NCBI GenBank assembly: GCA_963665235.2
Contig: CAXXLX010000001.1
Coordinates: 3,040,001 to 3,104,000, forward strand
From: Candidatus Poribacteria bacterium
Lineage (GTDB): Bacteria; Poribacteria; WGA-4E; WGA-3G
DNA: 64,000 nucleotides
Direction: 5' to 3'
Shown: piece after piece, positions 26,189 through 36,731 of the stretch
Layout of the letters: each line of letters opens with the position of its first letter
Position numbering within the stretch: the first letter of the stretch is position 1
Translations under genes and position numbers: made by a program
The notes under the pieces: model-generated
What the model was told of the DNA's origin: nothing
The model's input: the letters and a program-made list of their open reading frames with translations, nothing else
Databases searched by the model: none

Positions 26189-28816
26189 TTAGTCCTCAAT
26201 AACAGCTTGTGCTGCAGCGAGCCGTGCAATTGGAACACGGAACGGGGAGCAGGATACGTAATTGAACCCTAATCCGTAGCAGAATTTTACGGAGCTGGGT
26301 TCGCCGCCGTGTTCACCACAGATGCCTACTTTCAGGTCAGGTCGTGTAGCGCGTCCCTTTTCACATCCCATTTGCAGGAGACTGCCGACACCCTCCTGAT
26401 CGAGAATTTGGAACGGGTCGTATTCGAGCACGCCGTTTTTGACATATTCGCCAAGGAATTTTTCCGCGTCGTCGCGGCTCATACCGAAGGTTGTCTGTGT
26501 GAGGTCATTAGTGCCGTAGGAGAAGAACTCGGCTTCCGCAGCGATTTTATCGGCGGTCAGGGCTGCCCGCGGTAGTTCAATCATCGTCCCGACGAGATAG
26601 TCGACGCGTGTGCCTGTTTCTTTGAAGACGGTTTCGGCTGTTTGAACGACTACTTCGCGCTGTAACGAGAATTCATTGAGATGTCCGACGAGCGGAATCA
26701 TAATTTCGGGCAGAACTTCAATACCGCGTTGTGCTACATCGACAGCGGCTTCAAAGATAGCGCGTGCCTGCATTTCGGTTATCTCTGGGTGAACGATACC
26801 GAGTCTACATCCCCGGTGTCCGAGCATCGGGTTAAATTCGTGTAATTCCTCGACGCGTTCGCTTAGTTTTTGTGCCGAGACCCCGAGTCGCTCCGCAAGT
26901 TCATTGATTTCGGTTTCATTTTTCGGCAGAAATTCGTGAAGCGGTGGGTCAAGCGTTCGGATAGTGACGGGGTAGCCTGCCATTGCTTCAAAAATACCGA
27001 TGAAGTCGGAGCGTTGATGCGGTAGCAATTTTGCGAGTGCTGCTTCGCGTTCTGCTGTTTCATCAGCGAGGATCATTTCTCGGACAGCGTCGATACCTGT
27101 GCCGAAGAACATGTGTTCAGTTCGGCAGAGTCCGATGCCTTCCGCGCCAAATCCGATTGCGTTTTGTGCATCCTCCGGGGTATCCGCGTTAGTACGAACA
27201 TCCAGCGTACGGACTTCGTCAGCCCATTCCATCAAGATGCCGAATTGTCCGCTGAGTTCCGGTTGGATAAGCGAGACCTCCCCACTAAGCACATCACCTG
27301 TGGAGCCGTTGAGTGTAATGAAGTCACCTTCAGCGAATCGTTTACCGCTTGCGTAAAATTCAAGATTTTCTTCGTGGATGAATAGGTCGGCGCAGCCAGC
27401 AACACACGGTTTTCCCATGCCGCGTGCGACGACAGCGGCGTGGCTGGTCATACCGCCGCGGGCAGTGAGTATACCTTGTGCGGCATCCATGCCGCCGATA
27501 TCTTCGGGTGAGGTTTCGGAGCGGACGAGGATGACCTTCTCCCCTGCGGCTGCCATCTCTTCAGCGCGAAGCGCGGTAAAAACGACCTTACCGACAGCGG
27601 CACCGGGCGAGGCGGGTAAACCTTGTGCAATAATATCAACTTCCGCTCCCGGGTCAACCCTTGGGTGCAACAGTTGGTCCAGGTCATTTGCTGGGACGCG
27701 TGTGAGGGCAGTAGGTTTATCGATTAACCCCTCTTCGACCATTTCAACGGCGATACGGACAGCGGCTTGACCGGTACGTTTCCCGTTACGCGTCTGGAGC
27801 ATGTAGAGTTTGCTTTCCTGAATAGTAAACTCAACGTCTTGCATTTCGTGATAGTGCTTCTCAAGCCTTAACCCGATATCGACCAATTCATCGTAAGCAT
27901 CGGGCAAGATATTTCTTAATTCTGCGACCGGCAGCGGCGTGCGGATACCCGCCACAACATCTTCACCCTGCGCGTTGATGAGGAATTCGCCGTAAAATTG
28001 GTTCGCGCCGGTGGATGGATTACGCGTAAAGGCGACCCCTGAGCCGGAGGTACCCCCCAAATTTCCGAAGACCATGGCTTGAACGTTGACAGCCGTGCGT
28101 CCAAGTTCTTCTGAAATGTCGTTAAGGCGGCGATAGGTAATCGCGCGCGGGTTGCCAGAGGATTCAAAAACGGCATCGCGTGCCATGTCTAATTGCTGCC
28201 GAGGTTCATCAGGAAAATCGCTGCCAGTGTGCTGCTTGACAGCACTTTTGAATTCGTGGACGAGTTCGATTAAATCGGCGGCTTCTAATTCGGTATCTAA
28301 TGTGACACCTTTTGCCTCTTTCTTTGCTTCGAGTAAGTGCTCAAACTCATCATGCTCGACGTTAAGTACAACGTTCCCGAACATCTGGATGAAGCGTCGG
28401 TATGAATCGTAAGCGAAACGTTCGTTTTCCGACTTGGCGATAAGTCCTTTCACTGTGTCGTCGTTTAGCCCCAGGTTGAGAATAGTATCCATCATTCCGG
28501 GCATGGATACAGCTGCACCGGAGCGAACGGAGAGGAGCAATGGGTTTTCGGTACCGCCAAATTTCGCGTTCATAGCGGATTCTAATTTGTGCAGGTTTTC
28601 CTCAATCTGCTTATCAAGTCCAGTCGGGTACTGTTGTCCGTTGTCGTAGTAGAATTTGCAAACCTCTGTGGAGATAGTGAAGCCGGGGGGTACGGGTACG
28701 CCGAGGTTGGTCATCTCAGCGAGGTTTGCACCTTTACCGCCGAGTAGTGTTCGCATTGTGGCGTTTCCTTCACCTTCACCGGCACCAAAGAAGTAAACAT
28801 ACTTCGGTTGTGACAT
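26189..28816 (-). CDS. ppdK: pyruvate, phosphate dikinase
   Basis: LGGKGANLAEM, SVRSGAAVSMPGMMDT, GGMTSHAAVVARG, GTNDLTQ, CGEHGG. Confidence 0.98.
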   Translation of the reverse strand: MSQPKYVYFFGAGEGEGNATMRTLLGGKGANLAEMTNLGVPVPPGFTISTEVCKFYYDNGQQYPTGLDKQIEENLHKLESAMNAKFGGTENPLLLSVRSGAAVSMPGMMDTILNLGLNDDTVKGLIAKSENERFAYDSYRRFIQMFGNVVLNVEHDEFEHLLEAKKEAKGVTLDTELEAADLIELVHEFKSAVKQHTGSDFPDEPRQQLDMARDAVFESSGNPRAITYRRLNDISEELGRTAVNVQAMVFGNLGGTSGSGVAFTRNPSTGANQFYGEFLINAQGEDVVAGIRTPLPVAELRNILPDAYDELVDIGLRLEKHYHEMQDVEFTIQESKLYMLQTRNGKRTGQAAVRIAVEMVEEGLIDKPTALTRVPANDLDQLLHPRVDPGAEVDIIAQGLPASPGAAVGKVVFTALRAEEMAAAGEKVILVRSETSPEDIGGMDAAQGILTARGGMTSHAAVVARGMGKPCVAGCADLFIHEENLEFYASGKRFAEGDFITLNGSTGDVLSGEVSLIQPELSGQFGILMEWADEVRTLDVRTNADTPEDAQNAIGFGAEGIGLCRTEHMFFGTGIDAVREMILADETAEREAALAKLLPHQRSDFIGIFEAMAGYPVTIRTLDPPLHEFLPKNETEINELAERLGVSAQKLSERVEELHEFNPMLGHRGCRLGIVHPEITEMQARAIFEAAVDVAQRGIEVLPEIMIPLVGHLNEFSLQREVVVQTAETVFKETGTRVDYLVGTMIELPRAALTADKIAAEAEFFSYGTNDLTQTTFGMSRDDAEKFLGEYVKNGVLEYDPFQILDQEGVGSLLQMGCEKGRATRPDLKVGICGEHGGEPSSVKFCYGLGFNYVSCSPFRVPIARLAAAQAVIED

Positions 28817-28872
28817 AAAAATCCTCCTATTATCGTTTATCGGCTGTCGGAGACTTCGGTCCCCAAGTGCTG

Positions 28873-30234
28873 CTATATTGAGTAAATCATACGACTTGCT
28901 TCTTCAAATTCTGGTTCGAGTGGGTCAGTAGAGAGGTAGAGTTTCTGGTACGGTTCATAAAGTTGGATGTAGCTCCAGTTCACGCCACAAAGGATTTTAC
29001 CGGTATTAACGAGTTTGATGAATCTGCCTCGGAATTTTGCGCGGGTTCGTTCAGGTGGGGAGTGCATTGCGCGGCGAATCTGTGCATCCTCCACAATCCG
29101 CTCTATCAAACCGCGTTTTTCTGCTTTATAGTAAACGCTGTTATCCGGGCGGATGTTGTGATATTCGAGGTCAAAACGTTTCACCTCCGCTGAATCCCAG
29201 TCGACAGAGCGGCGGTTTACATAAGCTTCAATCCATTTTCGCTTGATGACCCAATCGAGTTCGCGTTCCAGTTGCATCGGGTCATCTTGTAGGCAGGTCA
29301 TGACATATTCCCATCGTGCCATAACTTCATCGGTTGTCGGGTCGGATTCTGCCTGTTCGAGGTACCGTTTAGCACACTCAAAGTATTCCCATTGGAGTTC
29401 TACGGCTGAAAGTCGTTTGCCGTTTTCAAGTTCGATAAGTCGTTTGCAGGTGGTATCCTCAGAGATTTCCTTTATCGCTTGGACCGAGTTTCGCAATGCG
29501 AATCGCTTTTGAATGAAGTGGTCTTCAATCATTCGGAGCACGATTCCGGTTGTACCGATTTTTAGGAATGTTGAAAATTCGGACATATTGGAATCGCCGA
29601 CGATGACGTGAAGGCGTCTATATTTTTCTCTGTCGGCGTGCGGTTCGTCGCGCGTATTAATAATTCCACGTGCAGTAGTTGTGGCGATGGAGACCTCTTC
29701 CCGAATGTGTTTGGCACGTTGGGAAATTTCATAGGTGCCTTGGTCGCTGGGTTTGACTTTTCCTGCGCCTGCAAAAACTTGTCGTGTAACGAAGAACGGA
29801 ATAAGCTGTGAGGCCAATTGTCGGAAGCTCACTTTATTTCGTTCCATGAGGTAGTTTTCGTGACATCCATAAGTGTTTCCGACGGTATCGAGGTTATTTT
29901 TGAAGATTGAGATTTTTCCTCGGAATCCATCAGCTCGCATCTTCCGTTCGGCGGTGGTTGCAAGTCTTGTCACGATGCGTTCCCCCGCCTTATCGTGTGC
30001 AACGAGTTCAGCGACATCATCGCATTCCGGGGTTGCATATTCAGGGTGGCACCCAATATCTTGATAAAACCGGGCACCGTTTTCTAGAAAGACATCGGGG
30101 TACATCCGTCCGGAAATAATTTCGTGAAACAGGTACATGACTGCGTTTTGAACTGTGAGCGTTTTTCCCTTACTGTTCTCGGGGGTACAGATGATACCGT
30201 ATTCGGTTTCTAATCCATATATTCTACGATGCAT
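28873..30234 (-). CDS. pafA: Pup--protein ligase
   Basis: RRIYGLETEYG, FLENGARFYQDIGCHPEYATPEC, YGCHENYL, RGIINTRDEPHAD, RRLHVIVGDSNMSE. Confidence 0.92.
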   Translation of the reverse strand: MHRRIYGLETEYGIICTPENSKGKTLTVQNAVMYLFHEIISGRMYPDVFLENGARFYQDIGCHPEYATPECDDVAELVAHDKAGERIVTRLATTAERKMRADGFRGKISIFKNNLDTVGNTYGCHENYLMERNKVSFRQLASQLIPFFVTRQVFAGAGKVKPSDQGTYEISQRAKHIREEVSIATTTARGIINTRDEPHADREKYRRLHVIVGDSNMSEFSTFLKIGTTGIVLRMIEDHFIQKRFALRNSVQAIKEISEDTTCKRLIELENGKRLSAVELQWEYFECAKRYLEQAESDPTTDEVMARWEYVMTCLQDDPMQLERELDWVIKRKWIEAYVNRRSVDWDSAEVKRFDLEYHNIRPDNSVYYKAEKRGLIERIVEDAQIRRAMHSPPERTRAKFRGRFIKLVNTGKILCGVNWSYIQLYEPYQKLYLSTDPLEPEFEEASRMIYSI

Positions 30235-30934
30235 GGTTTAAAACCTCTGTGAGCTGTTCCGTGGAAAATCTACGAAATTTGCGCCGTCCATTGTTTAGGT
30301 CAAGGCAGGCAACTTCTATAGTTTCTGGGGTTATCTCGTAAGGTTCAGGTTCGTCAGTCTCGATGATGTGAAAAGTTCTCGCTGCAAGTTGGACCGCTTC
30401 CGGTAATGCCATATTTTCGTTGTATCTCTCTTTAAGGATAGTCTCGATTGCCTCGGCTCTGCCGCCGATAACGGCAAACTTTTCCTTTTCTTCGTAGGTA
30501 CCATCAAAAACAATCTGGTAAATCTGGCTTCCCCCGGTCGGATTTTCGTCGATGCCGCAGACGAGCAGTTCAATCTCAAGCGGTTTCGTGTCCCAGGCCT
30601 GCGCGATTACCCCCATGTGTTGTGAGTAGAGATTGGTTAACCATTTTGCGGTGACATCTTCCCTATCGTAGGTGTACCCTTTGACTTCCGCTTCCCTTAT
30701 ACCTGCCACCCGGAGTGTCTCATATTCAGAGACGCGCCCGGCTGAGGCGAGTGCGATTCTGTCATAAATTTCGGACACTTTAAAGGTAGTTCTACGTGGA
30801 TTCTCTGCCATTATCAGAAGGCCGGTTTCATATTCTAAAGCGATTACCTCTTTTGCTTGTTCAATTCCGAGGCGAACGAACTCTCTCTTATCTTGGCGTA
30901 TCTGTTCAGGGGATACATAATAGGGTGTTGACAT
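30224..30934 (-). CDS. prcA: 20S proteasome alpha subunit
   Basis: PYYVSPEQ N-terminus, KVSEIYDRI, YDREDVTA, KPLEIEL; position in the operon. Confidence 0.93.
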   Translation of the reverse strand: MSTPYYVSPEQIRQDKREFVRLGIEQAKEVIALEYETGLLIMAENPRRTTFKVSEIYDRIALASAGRVSEYETLRVAGIREAEVKGYTYDREDVTAKWLTNLYSQHMGVIAQAWDTKPLEIELLVCGIDENPTGGSQIYQIVFDGTYEEKEKFAVIGGRAEAIETILKERYNENMALPEAVQLAARTFHIIETDEPEPYEITPETIEVACLDLNNGRRKFRRFSTEQLTEVLNHAS

Positions 30935-30978
30935 GCCAGCCTCCTTAACGGTCTATTTTGCACGCTTCGCTCCCGTGC

Positions 30979-31773
30979 CTACGGTTGATGTTCTAGGCGG
31001 GATATCAACTCCCGATACAGTTCAGCCACAGTTTCATCAGGTATTTCAGAGACACCGCTCTCCGTAATGACCGTCAATGTTGGAAAAATTTTCCGGATTA
31101 GGTCGGGTCCACCGGTGGCAATATCCTCATCGGCTGCGTCCCAGAGGGCTTCAACGATCACTTTTTGTGCAGTCTGTTCAGACATCCCCGGCTGGTATAG
31201 CTTTTTTAGGGTGCTGCGTGCATCTTTTCCGCCGGAACCGATGGCGTAATAGGTGTCTTCCTCGTAACGTCCGCCGAGGGCATCGTATTTGAAGATGCGG
31301 CCCTGCTTACGTTTTAGGTCGTATCCTGCGAAGAGTGGCAAAACAATCAACCCTTGCATAGCCAAGCTCAGATTTGTTCGGACAAGACTGGACAGATAGT
31401 TGGCTTGCCCATCTAGGCTGAGAGATGTCCCCTCAATTTTTTCATAAAATTCCACTTGGACTTGAAAAAGTTTCGCCATTTCGATACACGGGCCAGCAAC
31501 GCCGGCGACAGCGATGGCAGCGTGTTTATCTATTTTATAAACCTTCTGAATTCGCCGTTCACCAACCTGATTTCCTTCGGTAGCTTGCCGGTCGCCAGCG
31601 ATAATGACCCCTTCATTGTATACAGCGGCGAGGACGGTAGTTCCCTCCAAATAGTTGTGCGACATAGTTTCGCGTAAACTGCTTAGATGGTTCCAGGCCC
31701 CTACCTGGTCCGGGGCACGATTTTTCAGAATTTGTAGGAAATCGGTGGACTCGTAGTCCTGGAGTTTGAGCAA
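30979..31773 (-). CDS. prcB: 20S proteasome beta subunit with propeptide
   Basis: EG|TTVLA Ntn processing site, AGDRQAT, GSGG, DAADEDIATGG. Confidence 0.94.
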   Translation of the reverse strand: MLKLQDYESTDFLQILKNRAPDQVGAWNHLSSLRETMSHNYLEGTTVLAAVYNEGVIIAGDRQATEGNQVGERRIQKVYKIDKHAAIAVAGVAGPCIEMAKLFQVQVEFYEKIEGTSLSLDGQANYLSSLVRTNLSLAMQGLIVLPLFAGYDLKRKQGRIFKYDALGGRYEEDTYYAIGSGGKDARSTLKKLYQPGMSEQTAQKVIVEALWDAADEDIATGGPDLIRKIFPTLTVITESGVSEIPDETVAELYRELISRLEHQP

Positions 31774-31775
31774 TC

Positions 31776-31973
31776 CTACTGCCCTCCCCGTTGGATATAG
31801 TTTTCCACGAATTCCTCGGAATCCTCTTCCAAAATCTCATCTATTTCATCAAGGAGTTCATCCAAACCTTCTGTCCACTCGTCAGCATTTTCCTTGAGTT
31901 CGGGATTGGGTTGGATCTCCTCGGTTTCGTTCACAGTGGGTTCTCGGTGTTCTTGCTGTTTTTCGCGTGGCAT
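31776..31973 (-). CDS. pup: prokaryotic ubiquitin-like protein Pup (C-terminal GGQ)
   Basis: 65 aa, acidic; LDELLDEIDEILEEDSEEFVENYIQRGGQ parallels the actinobacterial Pup C-terminus. Confidence 0.93.
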   Translation of the reverse strand: MPREKQQEHREPTVNETEEIQPNPELKENADEWTEGLDELLDEIDEILEEDSEEFVENYIQRGGQ

Positions 31974-32009
31974 ATTCTACTCCTTTTCAAATTAGCTATG
32001 CGTTATAGG

Positions 32010-33497
32010 TTATTGAGAATCGGTTCGAAGTTGCGTAACAAGTTCGGCTGCTGTGCAACTGTTTATCAGTTTACCGACAATTTCTTGTGTGCCAAAATGT
32101 GGACGTTCCATCATAATTTTATCGAAACCTGTTGGGCCGTTAAAGATTATTGAATTCCAACTTGCGCTGTGGATATCGTTAGGAAATTTACGCAGACAGG
32201 TGCCTCGGAAGTATGCGCGCGTGTCTACGGGTGGATGCTGCATTGCATGAACGATTTCTTCATGGCTTAGCAGCTGTTCCACGTGTCCGTTTTTAAGGAG
32301 CCGTGCGTAAAGTCCTTTATCCGGACGCAGGTCATGATATTGCAAATCGAGCATTCGAACGCGCGGGTCGCTCCATTTAAAGTTGTGGCGGTTTACATAA
32401 GCATCTATAAGCCGTTTTTTGATAATCCAATCTAAATGGTGCGCTAAGCTCATCGGTTCGGTTTGTAAACCCTTTAGCACATATTCCCATTTTTCTAGGA
32501 CATCTTGCACTATAGGGGTTCGTTCTTCAGTAGATAGGTGTTGATGTGCAAGTTCAAGGTACGCTTTTTGGAGCTCTATTGCGCTCCACTGTCTGCCATC
32601 TTCCAGTTCAAATTTGTTTTGGCAAGATAGGTCGCGTGACACTGCTTTTATCGTTGCGACTGGGTCTTTTAGGCGGAACTGTTTTCCGACAACCCCCTTC
32701 TCAATCAATTGTAGCACGATATTTGTGATTCCGATTTTCAGGTAAATTGTGAATTCGGACATGTTTGAGTCACCAACGATGACGTGGAGCCGGCGGTAAA
32801 GTGTTGCGTCGGCATGCGGTTCGTCACGTGTGTTAATGAGCGGACGTTCAACCATTGTGCTAAGTCCAACCTCTTTTTCAAAGAAATCGGCGCGTTGTGA
32901 GATTTGGTACTCGGTGTCAGTCGTTCCGTTTTCAGCACCCACTTTTCCGCTGCCAGTGATAATCTGACGTGTTACGAGAAATGGGGTTAATCCATCAACG
33001 ATATCTGCGAAGGGCACCGCTCGTGACATGAGGTAATTTTCATGTGACCCGTAGCTGTGTCCTTTGTAATCCGTATTATTTTTGTAGATGATGAGTTCTT
33101 GGTTATCGAGTAAAAGTTGTTCTGCGGCGAGGCGGCTCAGGTCTAAGATGAGTTCTCCCGCCTTTTCGTATTTGAGCACATCTCGGGCATTTGTGCATTC
33201 AGGCGTGCAGTACTCCGGGTGTGCGTGGTCGACGTAATATCTGCCGCCATTTATCAAAATATCATTGATAACGCTGCTATTTACAGTGTCCACCGATATA
33301 TGCTCGCCTTCAGCCACGAATCCGCGTGCGTCCATTAGCGGACTTTCTTGCGCGTAATCCCACGAAATTGTTGTGAGATTTTGGCTTTTGTAGGCGTTGA
33401 CGACCAGCGTTGACGCTGCAATAGGGTCCTGTTCACGCGCATTTTTGACAGAGATACCGAATTCAGTTTCGGTTCCGATAATTGTTGGTACTGCCAT
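32010..33497 (-). CDS. dop: Pup deamidase/depupylase
   Basis: IIGTETEFGI, WDYAQESPLMDARGF, NGGRYYVDHAHPEY, SQRADFFE, PPVDTRAYFRG. Confidence 0.92.
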   Translation of the reverse strand: MAVPTIIGTETEFGISVKNAREQDPIAASTLVVNAYKSQNLTTISWDYAQESPLMDARGFVAEGEHISVDTVNSSVINDILINGGRYYVDHAHPEYCTPECTNARDVLKYEKAGELILDLSRLAAEQLLLDNQELIIYKNNTDYKGHSYGSHENYLMSRAVPFADIVDGLTPFLVTRQIITGSGKVGAENGTTDTEYQISQRADFFEKEVGLSTMVERPLINTRDEPHADATLYRRLHVIVGDSNMSEFTIYLKIGITNIVLQLIEKGVVGKQFRLKDPVATIKAVSRDLSCQNKFELEDGRQWSAIELQKAYLELAHQHLSTEERTPIVQDVLEKWEYVLKGLQTEPMSLAHHLDWIIKKRLIDAYVNRHNFKWSDPRVRMLDLQYHDLRPDKGLYARLLKNGHVEQLLSHEEIVHAMQHPPVDTRAYFRGTCLRKFPNDIHSASWNSIIFNGPTGFDKIMMERPHFGTQEIVGKLINSCTAAELVTQLRTDSQ

Positions 33498-33546
33498 TTG
33501 ACTCTTTCTTTGCCAGAGCAGTGGTGCTGCAATCACTCAATGGAGA

Positions 33547-33680
33547 TTGGCTGTTGGCTTCGCTGGCTAATGGCTGTTAGCAAGAGTAAAGAAACAAAAA
33601 GGACGCTTCTCTTTCTTATATTTCTTCTCTTCTCTTATATTTCTTGCTAATTGCTAATTGCTAATTGCCAATTGCCAATT
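33547..33680. repeat. inverted heptamer repeat element between arc and dop
   Basis: (TTGGCTx)n-CAAGAG ... CTTG(CTAATTG)n. Confidence 0.6.
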
Positions 33681-35490
33681 ATAGATACGTTCCGCCTTTG
33701 CTCACGCGCATGTCTGGCTTTCTCCGAGATTCGGGTTGATTAATCAGGGCACGAATGTTGACGATTTTTTCGCCTTTTCTGCCTGAGATTTTTGCCCAGT
33801 CATCTGGATTCGTGGTATTCGGGAGGTCCTCGTTTTCACGGTATTCTTCCCGGATAGCTGTTTTAAGGTCGTCAAGGGAGATGCCTTTCTCTTTTCCATC
33901 TGAATTGATTAAACGTTTAATCGCCGCTTTCTTTGCGCGTGAAACGATGTTTTGAATCATAGCACCGCTGACAAAGTCTTTGAAAAAGAGCACTTCGCGT
34001 TCACCCCGTGTGTATGTGACCTCAATAAATCGATTTTCGTCTGTCGTTGCGTACATCTCATCTACCGCTTCAGCGATGAGGAACTCAGACAGGGTATTCG
34101 TGTTGCCGTCGAATTTCTCAAGTGCCGCTTCGGCAAACGGGAGCTCCGGTGTTAAGTAGATAGCGAATATATCCTTTGCTCCCTCAAGACCGGGCCGGTC
34201 AATTTTAATCTTTATATCAAGCCGTCCTGGTCGGAGAACTGCGGGGTCAAGGAGGTCCTGCCGATTGCTTGCACCGATGACAATAACATCACGCAGGTTT
34301 TCAACGCCATCAATTTCTGCAAGAAATTGTGGGACCAACGTAGATTCCATATCTGATGAGATGCCCATGCCTCTGGACCGGAACAGCGAATCCATTTCAT
34401 CGAAGAAGATGACGACTGGGAATCCCTCTTTAGATTTTTCGCGCGCCTTCTGAAAGACCTCTCGAATCTTCCGCTCCGTTTCCCCTACGTATTTGTTGAG
34501 CAGTTCGGGTCCCTTAATGTTGATGAAATATCCTTTGACTTCATCTCTCCCCGTCTGTTGGCGTACCCGTTCGGCGAGGCTGTTCGCTACAGCGCGGGCT
34601 ATCAAGGTTTTGCCGCATCCGGGCGGGCCGTAAAGTAGGACTCCCTTTGGGGGTGTGAGGTCAAATTCGCGATATTCCTCTGGGTACAGGTACGGCATCT
34701 CAATGGCATCGCGAATGGCACCTATCTGTTCATCTAGACCGCCAATGTCATCGTAACCGATATCAGGTACTTCCTCGAGGAGTAGGTCATCAAGTTCGCG
34801 TTTGGGCAGTTTTTCCAGAACTATCCCGCTTGTATGATTCAGCAGGACGTTGTCGCCTGTTTTTAGGATTTCGTCTTTCAATGCGGCAGCGACTCGGACA
34901 ACCCGTTCTTCATCGGTTCTGAGGCTCACAATGACCCGTTCCGATTCCAGGACCTCTTTAACCTTAACAACGTCGCCGTGTTTGTCAGGTGTTTTGGTCC
35001 CAACGACGTTCAAACCGCTATTTACGATGACTTCTTGCCCTGTGTACAGCTGTTCGGCTTTTAGCGTAGGGTCAAGATTGACACGCCATTTTTTACCGCT
35101 GATATCGACATCGACAGTCTTATCCTCATTTGTTCTGAGGAAGATGCCGTAGTTGTTGGGGGGCGCGCTAAGCTGCTTGACCTTTTCGCTGAGCAGTTCC
35201 AGTCTTTCTTTCGCTTCCTGAAGTTTGTTCATCAACTTTCGGTTGCGTCGGTGTGCCTGCATGAGTTCGCGTGTCATGCTGTAGAGTTGTGCATCAACAT
35301 CGTCATCAGGGGCAGCTCTGAGTTGCCTTCGCAGGTCAGTCACCTCATTTTGGAGCATCTCTATTTGCCAATTGAGCTCACGAATCCGCTGTGGATAATC
35401 CGCTGTATCTGATGCGGTTTCCGTAATATCGGACCCTTTCGCTAACTCCTGAGAGGTCTCTCTTTTGGTAGCCATAGGAGAAGTTCTCAC
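33679..35490 (-). CDS. arc: proteasome-associated AAA ATPase ARC/Mpa
   Basis: N-terminal coiled coil plus PP motif, GPPGCGKT, IKGPELLNKYVGETER, FFDEMD, DLPNTTNPDDWAKISG, C-terminal GTYL (GQYL-like). Confidence 0.94.
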   Translation of the reverse strand: MRTSPMATKRETSQELAKGSDITETASDTADYPQRIRELNWQIEMLQNEVTDLRRQLRAAPDDDVDAQLYSMTRELMQAHRRNRKLMNKLQEAKERLELLSEKVKQLSAPPNNYGIFLRTNEDKTVDVDISGKKWRVNLDPTLKAEQLYTGQEVIVNSGLNVVGTKTPDKHGDVVKVKEVLESERVIVSLRTDEERVVRVAAALKDEILKTGDNVLLNHTSGIVLEKLPKRELDDLLLEEVPDIGYDDIGGLDEQIGAIRDAIEMPYLYPEEYREFDLTPPKGVLLYGPPGCGKTLIARAVANSLAERVRQQTGRDEVKGYFINIKGPELLNKYVGETERKIREVFQKAREKSKEGFPVVIFFDEMDSLFRSRGMGISSDMESTLVPQFLAEIDGVENLRDVIVIGASNRQDLLDPAVLRPGRLDIKIKIDRPGLEGAKDIFAIYLTPELPFAEAALEKFDGNTNTLSEFLIAEAVDEMYATTDENRFIEVTYTRGEREVLFFKDFVSGAMIQNIVSRAKKAAIKRLINSDGKEKGISLDDLKTAIREEYRENEDLPNTTNPDDWAKISGRKGEKIVNIRALINQPESRRKPDMRVSKGGTYL

Positions 35491-35650
35491 TTTCCATTAA
35501 AAGAATTGATGGTATACAGTGTCGGCCGGTTTTGATTATGTCCAGCTCAACCTTTACTTATTAGAGTATAGCATGCTACAAATAGTGCGTCAAGAAGAAA
35601 TCGAAGGTGTTCAATTTTTGTGCCGCTGCAGCAATCACCTAAGCAGCTGT

Positions 35651-36730
35651 CTACTCTTCATCAACGTTTTCAGCGTCTATTGAGATATCCTCGAACTCAT
35701 CAACCTCGTCTTCAGGAATTTCACCTGCGGTAGATTGCGAAAATGAGGTGAGACTTTCCCGGATTTTGCTCTCAATTTCCGCTGTGATTTCAGGATTCTC
35801 CTCCAGATAGGTTTTGACAGTATTCCGTCCTTGGCCTATCCGCTCGTTGTTATAGGAGAACCATGACCCACTTTTCTGCACCAAACCTTCCTCAACAGCG
35901 ATGTCGAGGAGATTGCCCTCTTTGGAGATGCCTTTCCCAAACGTCACGTCGAATTCGGCTTCTCTGAACGGTGGGGCGACCTTATTTTTCACAACTTTGA
36001 CACGGACTCGGTTTCCAAGTATATCGGTGCCATCCTTAATTTGTTGGGCGCGCCGCATTTCCAACCGAACGGAAGCGTGGAACTTTAGCGCAAGTCCACC
36101 GGGGGTCGTATCCGGATTGCCGAACGTCAACCCAATTTTTTGCCGAATTTGGTTTGTAAAGACAACGCACGTGCGGGATTTGTTTGTCACACCGGATAAT
36201 TTCCTTAATGCCTTAGACATTAACCGGGGCAGCAACCCGACGTGTGCGTCGCCCATTTCGCCTTCAATTTCTGCCTGCGGTGTTAAAGCAGCCACTGAGT
36301 CAATGACAACGATATCAATGGCCCCACTTCTGATGAGGTGTTCCACAATTTCGAGGGCTTGTTCGCCAGCATCGGGTTGCGAAATCAACAAATTTTCTAG
36401 GTTGACCCCAATATTGCGTGCGTAGGTTGTATCTAGGGCGTGTTCGACATCAATGAAGGCGGCAATTCCACCGAGTTTCTGTGCCTCTGCAACGATGTGG
36501 AGTGCCAATGTTGTTTTTCCTGTGGCTTCATGTCCAAAGACTTCAATAATTCTACCGCGTGGCACACCGCCGACCCCAAGTGCTAAATCGAGGGCAAGGG
36601 CCCCGGTCGGAATTGTTTCTACAGGTACAACGTCGCTGTCGGAGAAACGCATAATCGCCCCTTTTCCGTATATGCGTTCTACCTGTGCAATTGTTTGGTC
36701 GAGTGCTTTCTGTTTTTCTTCTGTTGCCAT
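35651..36730 (-). CDS. recA: recombinase A
   Basis: [45 protein letters not shown]. Confidence 0.98.
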   Translation of the reverse strand: MATEEKQKALDQTIAQVERIYGKGAIMRFSDSDVVPVETIPTGALALDLALGVGGVPRGRIIEVFGHEATGKTTLALHIVAEAQKLGGIAAFIDVEHALDTTYARNIGVNLENLLISQPDAGEQALEIVEHLIRSGAIDIVVIDSVAALTPQAEIEGEMGDAHVGLLPRLMSKALRKLSGVTNKSRTCVVFTNQIRQKIGLTFGNPDTTPGGLALKFHASVRLEMRRAQQIKDGTDILGNRVRVKVVKNKVAPPFREAEFDVTFGKGISKEGNLLDIAVEEGLVQKSGSWFSYNNERIGQGRNTVKTYLEENPEITAEIESKIRESLTSFSQSTAGEIPEDEVDEFEDISIDAENVDEE

Positions 36731-36731
36731 T

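Noticed and set aside
31776-31973. Modifier as UBact
   Set aside because: The C-terminus is GGQ with a Pup-like DELLDEID helix, not R[ST]G[EQ].
35901-36425. Long antisense ORFs over recA, ppdK, metH and other genes
   Set aside because: These are shadow ORFs of conserved genes, with no motifs or RBS.
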